Source of the DNA: an uncultured Chloroflexia bacterium
GTDB lineage: Bacteria; Chloroflexota; Anaerolineae; Anaerolineales; UBA4823
Direction of reading: 5' to 3'
DNA: 24,000 bases
Assembly (NCBI GenBank): GCA_963777935.1
Contig: CAVZSL010000006.1
Coordinates: 317,287-341,286, forward strand
In this document: positions 1 through 7,848 of the stretch, one piece after another
Layout: every line of letters starts with the position of its first letter
How positions within the stretch are numbered: the first letter of the stretch is position 1
Notes under the pieces: model-generated
Seen by the model: only the letters and a program-made list of their open reading frames with translations
Told to the model about the DNA's origin: nothing
Database searches by the model: none
Program-made: the position numbers and the translations under genes

Positions 1-147
1 CGCGCCAGCTACAGATTCCAGGTTGGGAACCATTCGGTGAATTCAGCGGTTGCTTCAATGGCACAATGAGCCGTACCTCGAGGGTGACTACATAGAGCTG
101 AGTAATGGAAGTCTGGTGCGCCTGCCTGACCTATCGTTTTGAAAATT

Positions 148-183
148 GAAACCTCCTGGTGAACATGCCAGGAGGTTTCTTTC
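148..183. terminator. Candidate bidirectional rho-independent terminator
   Basis: Perfect 12-bp inverted repeat GAAACCTCCTGG (148..159) / CCAGGAGGTTTC (168..179) with an 8-nt loop. It is followed by TTTCATT on the + strand and AATTTTCAAAA on the - strand. It lies between an unresolved + strand 3' end and the stop (263) of the - strand redoxin gene. Confidence 0.55.
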
Positions 184-262
184 ATTCGGTAATAAACAGA
201 AAATTTATAAATAACATGGATTGCTCCAATTAGTTGTATCCTGACTGGTAGTTGACTTAAAA

Positions 263-739
263 TTAAGCATGCACAACTTCCAAGCTATCCAATAATTCCA
301 ATATCTCAGCATTGGATGGAATATCGGTCATATCATGACCATAATGTACATAACGAGCAACCCCATCATTATCCACGATCACCTGGGCTGGCATGCGCCC
401 AAATTTGAACAGGTTGATTTCCTGACCGTATAACTTGAGAACGCTTGCTTTAGGATCTGGTAAGCCGATGAAAGGCAGATTGTGTGTATGAAAATAAGTT
501 GCAAAGGCTTTGGGATCTTCTGGACCAACCACAATCACTTGAGCCTGCCGTTTGACAAATTCCTGATAATCCCTGCGCAACTGCGCCATATGCATTCGGC
601 AGAATGGTCAGGTAAAACCGCGGTTAAAAACCAACAATACACTCGATGTGCCTCGATAGTCGGATAAGTGTATTGTTTTACCTTTATAATCTATAAGGGT
701 AAAATCAGGCGCAGGGGTATTCAACGAGACTCTTGGCAT
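263..739 (-). CDS. Peroxiredoxin-like (AhpC/TSA-redoxin family) thiol-disulfide oxidoreductase, probable selenoprotein; 158 codons with in-frame TGA (U44) at 608..610
   Basis: The ORF track gives only 263..595 (MHMAQL...). Reading the same frame upstream gives MPRVSLNTPAPDFTLIDYKGKTIHLSDYRGTSSVLLVFNRGFT-TGA-PFCRMHMAQLRRDYQEF... This is a canonical redoxin N-terminus (APDFTL, LSDYRG, VLLVF), and the TGA sits where Cys homologues carry the first Cys of CxxC. The ATG at 737..739 is preceded by AAGGAAG. The next upstream stop in frame is at 767..769. Confidence 0.72.
545..604 (-). promoter_or_regulatory. Candidate bacterial SECIS-like stem-loop immediately 3' of the in-frame UGA
   Basis: On the mRNA, CUGCCG (602..597) can pair with CGGCAG (550..545). 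An apical GCGC-AGUU-GCGC hairpin lies at 586..575, and its loop begins 25 nt after the UGA. Hand-folded only; the asymmetric internal region is not convincingly paired. Confidence 0.3.
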
Positions 740-1724
740 TGGTTTCTTCCTTAGGTTGAGTATCATTCAGATATTTGATTACAGCCTCCAAAAACGCTTG
801 TGGTTTTTCCTCATGTGGTACATGCCCGGATTCAGCGATCACCACCAGGCTGGCATTGGGTAGCTCGGCTGCCAGGCGGATGCTATCTTTGGTAGGGATT
901 ATGCGGTCGTCATCGCCGGTAATCACCAATACTGGCACACTTATCTCATCCAGTCGTTTGGTTAAACCAATTGGCCGGTTGGCAAGGGTGAACTCCCACA
1001 GCGCTTTATCCCAATTCTCAACCTGGTAAGGTTTCTTATAAAACTCCATCATCTCCGGGGGTAATAATGCAGGGTTATGCCAGGCCAATTTGATTAAATC
1101 AGGACCGCGTTTTAAGATCTGGCGGGCGATCAATGGTCCCAGGCGACGCATTTGTGGGGTTGCAAGGATGGGCTTCATCCATTGCGGGGCCCCTCCACCG
1201 TTATAAACGGCCGGATCGACCAGGATCAGTGCTGAAACACGCTGCGGATATGCCAGTGTTGTCTGCATTGCCACAGTTCCCCCTGCTGAGTTGCCCACCA
1301 GAATAGCCCTCTGAATACTAAAGTGATCCAGTAATTTCACCGCTATCTCTACCTGCGTCTCAGCGCTGTAGGGGTTCTGTCTTTGCCAGGTTAGGGGACG
1401 CTCAGAGAGGCCAAACCCAGTGCGGTCATAGGCAATCACCGTTCCAAGCCGGCTAAGGGGTTCCATGACATCATGCCAGGAGTACAAGCTGGAAGCAAAT
1501 CCATGCATTAGAAGAAAAACTGGCTCACCCTGTCCCATCTTTTTTACGTGGATATCCAACCCATTAATCGCAACGAATTGGGAGTCTTCATCTGCCAATA
1601 CCTGGGGAGGGAAGGTATTTTTAAGTGGTTTTATAGGAATAAGCAAGGGTCCAACCGCCACAACGACCAATCCGCCTGCTAATATTAGGAAACTATTACG
1701 CTTTCGGGACCGATGCATGCTCAT
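705..1724 (-). CDS. Membrane-anchored alpha/beta-fold hydrolase
   Basis: 339 aa. N-terminal TM segment FLILAGGLVVVAVGPLL, HGFASS region, nucleophile elbow GNSAGG, and GDDDRIIP plus SGHVPHEE near the C-terminus (Asp/His of the triad). The 3' end overlaps the redoxin gene start by 35 nt. Confidence 0.85.
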   Translation of the reverse strand: MSMHRSRKRNSFLILAGGLVVVAVGPLLIPIKPLKNTFPPQVLADEDSQFVAINGLDIHVKKMGQGEPVFLLMHGFASSLYSWHDVMEPLSRLGTVIAYDRTGFGLSERPLTWQRQNPYSAETQVEIAVKLLDHFSIQRAILVGNSAGGTVAMQTTLAYPQRVSALILVDPAVYNGGGAPQWMKPILATPQMRRLGPLIARQILKRGPDLIKLAWHNPALLPPEMMEFYKKPYQVENWDKALWEFTLANRPIGLTKRLDEISVPVLVITGDDDRIIPTKDSIRLAAELPNASLVVIAESGHVPHEEKPQAFLEAVIKYLNDTQPKEETNAKSLVEYPCA

Positions 1725-1731
1725 ATTTCGA

Positions 1732-2505
1732 TTATTGAACAGGTTGAACTGAAGATGTTTTATCAGGCATAATGAATGCCAATATCAGGGTCATGGCCAC
1801 CAGTCCGAAGGTGATCCAGGTGGGAATGGCGATCGCAGGGATATTCGCAAATTTGACCGAAATTCCTGCCAAAGCCCACAGGATAACCGCGGTATAGGCA
1901 ATGTCTCGCCGGGAAAAATTCATCAATGTAGCGATCACAAACACCGCCACCAGGATGATATACATCCAGACTTCAGCGGCAATCCCGAATCCATCCCAAT
2001 TCAGGAAATAGAGCAATTCGGTGATATTGGCAATCGTCGCTACCGTTATCCAACCCAGGTAGATACTGAATGGTACGCGTACTGCCCAGGTCTCTGCCCT
2101 AGAGACACTACTCCGACCAGTGCCCAGACCCAGGTAGGTGATAATGAGTGTGCCAAGCAATACCAACATGGCGACCAGTGTCAAAGTGAACAGCTCATAG
2201 TGCCACAGGAAGATCCAGGCGATGTTTGCTAATCCTCCGAGGGCTATCCACCAACCAGTAGCTCGCAGGCGTGGATTCTCACGTTGAGAAGGAAGCGCCT
2301 GAAAGATGGCAAAGGCAATTAATCCGATATAAATCACACCCCAAATAGCAAATACATAGCCGGCAGGCACAAAATAAACCTTAAAGCGATCTGAGATTGC
2401 ACCAGTATTTAAGCCATTAATGGGCAAGGCATTGGCAAGCACGTTGACCACGATGGTAGCAAGAATAGTCAATGCTACAGAAACTTGTCGTAGGATATCT
2501 TTCAT
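1732..2505 (-). CDS. TspO/MBR-related tryptophan-rich integral membrane protein (putative)
   Basis: 257 aa and polytopic. The N-terminal NALPINGLNTGAISDRF...FVPAGYVFAIWGVIYIGL and the Trp-rich WWIALGGLANIAWIFLWHYE resemble the long 'tryptophan-rich sensory protein' homologues as I remember them. Not HMM-verified. Confidence 0.5.
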   Translation of the reverse strand: MKDILRQVSVALTILATIVVNVLANALPINGLNTGAISDRFKVYFVPAGYVFAIWGVIYIGLIAFAIFQALPSQRENPRLRATGWWIALGGLANIAWIFLWHYELFTLTLVAMLVLLGTLIITYLGLGTGRSSVSRAETWAVRVPFSIYLGWITVATIANITELLYFLNWDGFGIAAEVWMYIILVAVFVIATLMNFSRRDIAYTAVILWALAGISVKFANIPAIAIPTWITFGLVAMTLILAFIMPDKTSSVQPVQ

Positions 2506-2506
2506 G

Positions 2507-2887
2507 TTATTCTCTCACTTTCAATTCTAATATAGTATTTTTTCGTCCATCCCGATTTCCGGTCCAAGAAAATATTGTTTTCATTAGACCGTATTTTTTA
2601 CTCAACAAGCGATCGACCATACGGTCGATTTCCTGATTCGAGATTTCGCGGGCTTCTGCTTGAACCCAATCGCTAAGTAACGTGCCATCCATTTTACATG
2701 GTGCAATGTTCACCTGTGAATTATAACGGATGCGTTTCACCTTCCCTGAATCAGCAATTGTGCGGATATATAACTCTTGACCATCCTGGACAAACCAAAC
2801 TGGAGTTCTCACACCCACACCGCTCTTCCGGAAGGTTTCCAGATTTAGATATTTTTGTTTTTCAAACGCGGGAAACATAATAATCAT
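2507..2887 (-). CDS. Pyridoxamine 5'-phosphate oxidase-like (PPOX class, possibly F420/flavin-dependent) protein
   Basis: 126 aa. [47 protein letters not shown] resembles small PPOX-class split-barrel proteins. The start ATG overlaps the photolyase stop (ATGA at 2884..2887), and the stop lies 1 nt before the next gene's start. Confidence 0.6.
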   Translation of the reverse strand: MIIMFPAFEKQKYLNLETFRKSGVGVRTPVWFVQDGQELYIRTIADSGKVKRIRYNSQVNIAPCKMDGTLLSDWVQAEAREISNQEIDRMVDRLLSKKYGLMKTIFSWTGNRDGRKNTILELKVRE

Positions 2888-4285
2888 CTTCCTCCTTTAC
2901 GATAAGCTGCCAATGCGCGTTCCCTTGCCATGGCATGGTCAACGATTGGGGCAGGATAGTTCTTTCCGATCACACAACCCACCTGAGTTTGCATATTGGT
3001 AGGCATCTTCCATGGCGTGTGGATAAATGCATCTGGAACTCGTGATAACTCCGGAACCCAGTGGCGTACATAGGCGCCCAGTGGATCGTATTTTTTCCCT
3101 TGCAGGACAGGATTGAATAGCCTGAAATATGGCACTGCATCGGTACCAGTGCCAGCTATCCATTGCCAACCACCATTATTGGCTGCCGGATCACCATCAA
3201 GCAGGTGCTGCATAAAATATCGCTCTCCCTGCCGCCAATCGATCAATAAATCTTTGGTCAGGAATGAAGCTGTGATCATGCGCGCCCGGTTATGCATCCA
3301 ACCGGTGGCATTTAGCTGGCGCATACCAGCATCCACCACTGGATACCCGGTGTATCCATTAACCCAGGCATCATATCCAACTGCGTCATCCCGCCATGGG
3401 ATCTTACGCAGCTCTGGACGGAAGGCGCCCTGGCGCACATGTGGAAAATGATAGAGGATGGTGGCATAAAACTCACGCCAGATCAGCTCGTTCAGCCAGG
3501 TTTTGACACTTTGACGTACTGTTGGGTCTGTTGCTAATGCCTCCGCTTCATGTGCTGCCCATGCTGCCTGCCTGGCTGAAAGCATACCAAAACGCAGGTA
3601 GGGCGATAAACCTGATGTACCTTCTACATCCAAGCGGTTGCGATCTTCGGTATAACGATTGATCAACGAATCAGTGAACCTTGCCAACCTCGTTTGTGCC
3701 TCTTCTTCACCAGCAGGAAATAATTCTTTATATGAATAACCTGGAAAATCAGGCGATAACCATGCTAATAAGGGGAGGTAAAGCAGGCAATCGCTCAGGT
3801 GGCGGGAGTGGTTTGCCAGGAAAAGGCAGGCTGTGCCACATCCGGCTGAATGGTGTGAACATAATATACGGTGAGCCATTGGGCTTTAGCAGTTCTTCAG
3901 CAGGGTGAACGGTGATGCCATTGGTAAGCTCGAGTGGTAATTCACGTATCACGCGTGCATCGCGCTGCCTACCGTATGGTGAAACATCTGCCTCGGCAAA
4001 GATACCTTCAACTTCAGCCTCATAACACAAACTTCGCAGCACATCCAGGGGTTGTCCCTTTCGTATGATAAGCTTGCTCCCCCGCTGGCGTAATTCTGAA
4101 TCGAGTGAACGTAAACCCTCAAACAGGAAAGCTAAACGCTGTTGGCTGATGTATGGCGAGTCCAGTAACTTGGGGTCAATGATAAATACCGGGATGACCA
4201 CTTCTGCCTTTAATAAGGCAGTTGCCAATGCCTGGTTATCTCGCAAGCGTAAGTCTCGGCGAATCCACCAAATTGCTCTTTTCAT
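2884..4285 (-). pseudogene. phr: Deoxyribodipyrimidine photolyase (cryptochrome/photolyase family) split by a frameshift into 3749..4285 (N-terminal alpha/beta domain) and 2884..3879 (FAD-binding domain)
   Basis: The N-terminal ORF begins MKRAIWWIRRDLRLRDNQAL...[12 protein letters not shown]. The C-terminal ORF contains [81 protein letters not shown]. The two frames overlap at 3749..3879. Genuine sequence resumes in the second frame at ...[20 protein letters not shown], so the shift lies at about 3750..3790 and looks like one extra nt. Confidence 0.85.
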
Positions 4286-5538
4286 CAGATAGTCTCTTCA
4301 GCCACCTTCTCGCGGTTAGCTGGACGGATGATACGCCAATAGGCAAGGACAATCGTCCAGGCCATCAGGATAGCACTAAAAACACCTGGCGCCCATACAC
4401 CCAGATGTTGCAGCAGGTAACCCCCGGCGATAGGGGCAATAATTCGGGTCACTGCTTCGAGAGATGTGGTTATACCAAGAATACCTCCCACTTCCTGTCG
4501 TGTGACGGATTTGGTGGTAGTACTTTGGATAATGGTATTCGATACCCCTCCAGCAACTGCCAGAGGCAAGATCAATACCACCAGGATCCATAGCTGTGTA
4601 GCAAAAGACCAGGCGAGTAATGCGCCAGCCATGACCCATAGTCCGGTGATCATCAAGGAATTTTCTCGGAAGCGACGGGTCAGGAAACCAATCAACCCAG
4701 CTTGGGTCACCACGGCTAAGACTCCCACATACGCCAGCAAAATCCCAGTAGTCTGCGAGCTCAAGCCAATCGTCTGAGCATAAAGGGCAAATATGGTTTG
4801 AAATATAGCAAAAGCGAGTGCGTAGAAGAACCGTACCTGGAGCAGGGGACCAACTTTTGGACGATTAAGCGCCTCCTTGAGAGCATTAAATGTGAACGGT
4901 GGACGTCTTTGCCCGGATATAGTACTCCTTCGGTCAGCGGAAAGTGATTCAGGTAGAAAAAATATGATCATTAGCACGTTGATGAAGGATACTGAAGCAG
5001 CTACAAAGGCAGGTAAGCTGTATCCCCACTTGCTGAGTGCGCCGCCTACAGCTGGTCCGATAATGAAACCCAGTCCAAATGCCGCACCGATCAATCCCAA
5101 GCCTTTGGCGCGGTTTTGATCATCCGTGACATCGGTGATATATGCCTGTGCGACTGTGATATTACCTCCAGTCAGTCCATCGATGACACGACTTAAAAAC
5201 AACACTGCCAAGACAAATGCATTTGCCGCTTGTGGAGCAATCAAATCCGCTAAGAAATGACCGATGGGATCGGCAAAACCAAGCAGCAAGAATCCAATTC
5301 CTGTACCAATCACGCTTATCAGCAAGACCGGTCGTCGGCCAATTCGGTCTGATAATCTCCCAAGCAAAGGCGCACCGATCAACTGAGCTGCTGCATAGGA
5401 TGCTACCAGCAAGCCAACAATAGTCGGAGTTGCACCGTAGGCTTCAGCATAATACGGTAATAAGGGTAAGATCAGGCTAAAACCCAACAGATCGATAAAA
5501 ACAATTAGAAAAATGGTCAACAAACGCGAATTTTTCAT
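4285..5538 (-). CDS. MFS transporter (DHA1/Tet-like family)
   Basis: 417 aa, about 12 TM. LLGFSLILPLLPYYAEAYGATP and the GRLSDRIGRRPVLL motif (MFS loop 2-3). The stop overlaps the photolyase start by 1 nt (TGATG). Confidence 0.85.
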   Translation of the reverse strand: MKNSRLLTIFLIVFIDLLGFSLILPLLPYYAEAYGATPTIVGLLVASYAAAQLIGAPLLGRLSDRIGRRPVLLISVIGTGIGFLLLGFADPIGHFLADLIAPQAANAFVLAVLFLSRVIDGLTGGNITVAQAYITDVTDDQNRAKGLGLIGAAFGLGFIIGPAVGGALSKWGYSLPAFVAASVSFINVLMIIFFLPESLSADRRSTISGQRRPPFTFNALKEALNRPKVGPLLQVRFFYALAFAIFQTIFALYAQTIGLSSQTTGILLAYVGVLAVVTQAGLIGFLTRRFRENSLMITGLWVMAGALLAWSFATQLWILVVLILPLAVAGGVSNTIIQSTTTKSVTRQEVGGILGITTSLEAVTRIIAPIAGGYLLQHLGVWAPGVFSAILMAWTIVLAYWRIIRPANREKVAEETI

Positions 5539-5582
5539 TGGTAATACTCTAATCAGCTATACTAAACTGGCCACCCAATTGT

Positions 5583-6878
5583 TTATAGGGACATCTCATA
5601 CTTTGCCAGCTGGACTTGTATGATCGATGCATCTTCTCCAAGGTAATGTTCAACCTCAATGCGATATGTGGCGTAATATTCATTCACCAATGATGCGGAG
5701 AGACCATAAGTTTTAAACATGCCATTCAACCAGAAAATGGTGTGATCTAATAAATTAATATCACCTAATTCAAGTGCTGATGTAATGGACTGGTTGAGGT
5801 TTTCATTGGCATTGTCCAATTGAGCTGGTTTAATCAGCGCAGAACGAAAAGAAGAGGATACATGCGTCACAACAGCCCATTCATTTTGAAGATATTTTGT
5901 CAATATTTGGGTATATTGGAGAGGTACAGGTAATGCGGAGGGCATTGGAGGAGGTGCAGAAATGAGTTGTTCAACCGTCTGGGGAATGCTTTCCACATCA
6001 GTTCCCAGGAAATAGCCTGAGATACACTTGGTGGCGGCAGGAACCTGGTTAAAAATTCCACCTCCATACGCCAGAGGTACAGACTGTGTGATTAGGTATT
6101 CAGACACTGCGCGGAGTGAAGCGGCAGTTTTGAGTGTCTGAGCAGTCGAGAGTATCAGAATTGGTGATGTGGATCGGATGGTTGCATCCAGGTCTATGAG
6201 AGGCACATTGGACCCGAGATAAACCACATCCCAACCACGCCTTCGAAGCAAGAAAGTGATTACCAATAAAATGAAATCGTGTTCCTCACCCGGTGGGCAG
6301 GCTGTCAGGATACATCCTGGTCGAATGGGTGGGGCAGCTGCTGCCAGGAGAGTATTAATACGCCGAATGGCGATGGCCGACGTGAAATGCTCCTGTTGAA
6401 CACTTACAGACCCAGAGTACCATCCCTCCCCGACCAGTGCCAGGCCTTTCTGAAGAACTTCGCTAATGGTCATTTCTGGGGCAGTCACAGCGAATGCTTC
6501 ATCAAGTATTCGGTTGGCACCCTGGTCGTCAAACGCTAAACAAGCCGATACCCATCGCGCTCGCAGAATATCTAATATACTTTCACCCGTTCCGATTTCA
6601 GGTACAGGTGTTCGACCATGTTGTAAGCTATCCTGATCATATTGGTGTTGGTTTTTCCACATTTCCATGGCGCTACTGATGCTCAATCCTTCTGCTTGCC
6701 TCTCGATCAACCATTTCAGCATCTCGATATCTTGTCTGGAGTAGAGCCGGTGTCCACCGGGCGACCGCTTGGGCTTGAGAAGATCATATCTCCGCTCCCA
6801 AGCCCGTAAAGTCACTGGGTTTATCCCAACCTCATTGGTCACAGCTTTTAGATTATAGAGGGGTGTATTGTCTACCAT
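5583..6878 (-). CDS. MerR-family transcriptional regulator with cobalamin-binding domain (CarH/LitR-like light sensor) plus ~125-aa C-terminal extension
   Basis: N-terminal MerR HTH (YNLKAVTNEVGINPVTLRAWERRYDLLKPKRSPGGHRLYSRQDIEMLKWL). W153-x9-E163-H164 (GEGWYSGSVSVQQEHF) matches the Wx9EH motif of AdoCbl photoreceptors. The Rossmann-like B12 domain is CPPGEEH200DFILLVITFLLRRRGWDVVYLGSNVP ... AYGGG. Residues ~306-431 have no domain I recognise. Confidence 0.85.
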   Translation of the reverse strand: MVDNTPLYNLKAVTNEVGINPVTLRAWERRYDLLKPKRSPGGHRLYSRQDIEMLKWLIERQAEGLSISSAMEMWKNQHQYDQDSLQHGRTPVPEIGTGESILDILRARWVSACLAFDDQGANRILDEAFAVTAPEMTISEVLQKGLALVGEGWYSGSVSVQQEHFTSAIAIRRINTLLAAAAPPIRPGCILTACPPGEEHDFILLVITFLLRRRGWDVVYLGSNVPLIDLDATIRSTSPILILSTAQTLKTAASLRAVSEYLITQSVPLAYGGGIFNQVPAATKCISGYFLGTDVESIPQTVEQLISAPPPMPSALPVPLQYTQILTKYLQNEWAVVTHVSSSFRSALIKPAQLDNANENLNQSITSALELGDINLLDHTIFWLNGMFKTYGLSASLVNEYYATYRIEVEHYLGEDASIIQVQLAKYEMSL

Positions 6879-6956
6879 ACCGATTACTTTCGCCTTTAAT
6901 AAATATATATTATTTAAGAAACTGCGTACACCCTATTTACATTAATCTGCAAAAAT

Positions 6957-7727
6957 TTATACCGGTGCTAAGGTGCCTGCAAAGATGATCCATGCCAGGA
7001 CGGTCTTTGCAGTCAGGCTCAGGATCACATACACCCGTTCACCAAACAAATAATCTTTCCATGGACCAACCTTCTTATATTGCAAAACCATGTTAATTGC
7101 AAAGATATTGAAGAACACAAAAAGGGTTGGGATGATGGCATATACGAAAGCAGGTGGTTTGCCACCTTCCCCTACTAAAGATCCCAAGAAGTAGGTCACA
7201 ATTACGATCCAGGGGACAATCCCTGCAATGCAACCAAAAATGAAAGCGGTCCAGTTGGTTTTCTGCGTATTCTGGTTGTGAAGCTCCATCAAGAGCCCAA
7301 ACAGGTTCATCATGGCGTTGATGCCAAAGATAAGAATGATGGCGCCAAGGTCATAAATACCTACCAGCATTCCAATCAGCACGATCATCACAGACGAAGA
7401 AAGTGCATATTCATAAAACCGGACTGGGTTCATGCCCTTTTTTAAGTTGGAAACATATAACTTATAGCCAACTGTAGCGAGGAAGAAATGCGCTACTGCC
7501 GAGAGAAGTAGAAATACGGCTACCGCTGGACCAAAGAGTAATTCAGCAGCTATCTTTGGATCGGGTACTAAAGCCATTGTTGCTGTATCAAACTTGAGGA
7601 AATTAGTGTAAATTGGATAAGCGGTATCATTGCTTAGTATGATCATCAGGAAGCCCTGTATCAAGTGCAAAAAACCCATGCTTAAGTTAAAACGTCGTAA
7701 TCCTAAATACTTTTTTTCTTCGTCCAT
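6957..7727 (-). CDS. Heliorhodopsin (retinal-binding 7-TM photoreceptor)
   Basis: 256 aa. FLHLIQ (H21), AVAHFF (H80), RFYEYALSSSVMIVLI (E106), FGCIAGIVPWI, FVYAIIPTLFVFFN and GERVYVILSLTAKTVLAW (K241, codon 7005..7007) parallel the conserved blocks of heliorhodopsin 48C12 as I recall it. AGGAGA lies 5 nt upstream of the ATG. Confidence 0.85.
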   Translation of the reverse strand: MDEEKKYLGLRRFNLSMGFLHLIQGFLMIILSNDTAYPIYTNFLKFDTATMALVPDPKIAAELLFGPAVAVFLLLSAVAHFFLATVGYKLYVSNLKKGMNPVRFYEYALSSSVMIVLIGMLVGIYDLGAIILIFGINAMMNLFGLLMELHNQNTQKTNWTAFIFGCIAGIVPWIVIVTYFLGSLVGEGGKPPAFVYAIIPTLFVFFNIFAINMVLQYKKVGPWKDYLFGERVYVILSLTAKTVLAWIIFAGTLAPV

Positions 7728-7773
7728 TGTTGTCTCCTATTCTGTTATTGCCTGCTATATATTCTTATCCATC

Positions 7774-7848
7774 TCTATAGAAGGATTGATTGAAAATTTA
7801 GCAAATGTACACATTGTGTATAAATAATAATAACATATTGTATAGATA
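7774..7848 (-). promoter_or_regulatory. Heliorhodopsin promoter region with four tandem 11-bp direct repeats (candidate CarH/LitR-type operator)
   Basis: The minus strand reads TATCTATACAA (7848..7838), TATGTTATTAT (7837..7827), TATTTATACAC (7826..7816), AATGTGTACAT (7815..7805). All four have A at position 2 and T at position 5, and three have ACA at positions 8-10. The array abuts TTGCTA (7804..7799, -35-like). TATAGA/TCTATA (-10-like) lies 17-19 bp further on, about 45 nt before the ATG. Confidence 0.45.

Noticed and set aside
1-95. Possible 3' end of a plus-strand gene entering from the left. Frame 3 is open to TAG 93..95 and frame 1 is open to TGA 67..69.
   Set aside because: It is too short, with no recognisable motif, so I cannot choose between frames. 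Only the downstream terminator-like hairpin hints that a gene ends here.
482-1752. Plus-strand ORFs 482..667, 775..1029 and 1465..1752.
   Set aside because: They are antisense to the redoxin and hydrolase genes, which have clear family motifs. Their products are low-complexity or Cys/Arg/Ser-rich with no motifs, typical of shadow ORFs.
3749-3790. Programmed ribosomal frameshift as the explanation for the split photolyase.
   Set aside because: I saw no slippery heptamer or stimulatory SD/hairpin arrangement at the junction. A simple 1-nt indel (real or assembly-derived) is the more economical explanation.
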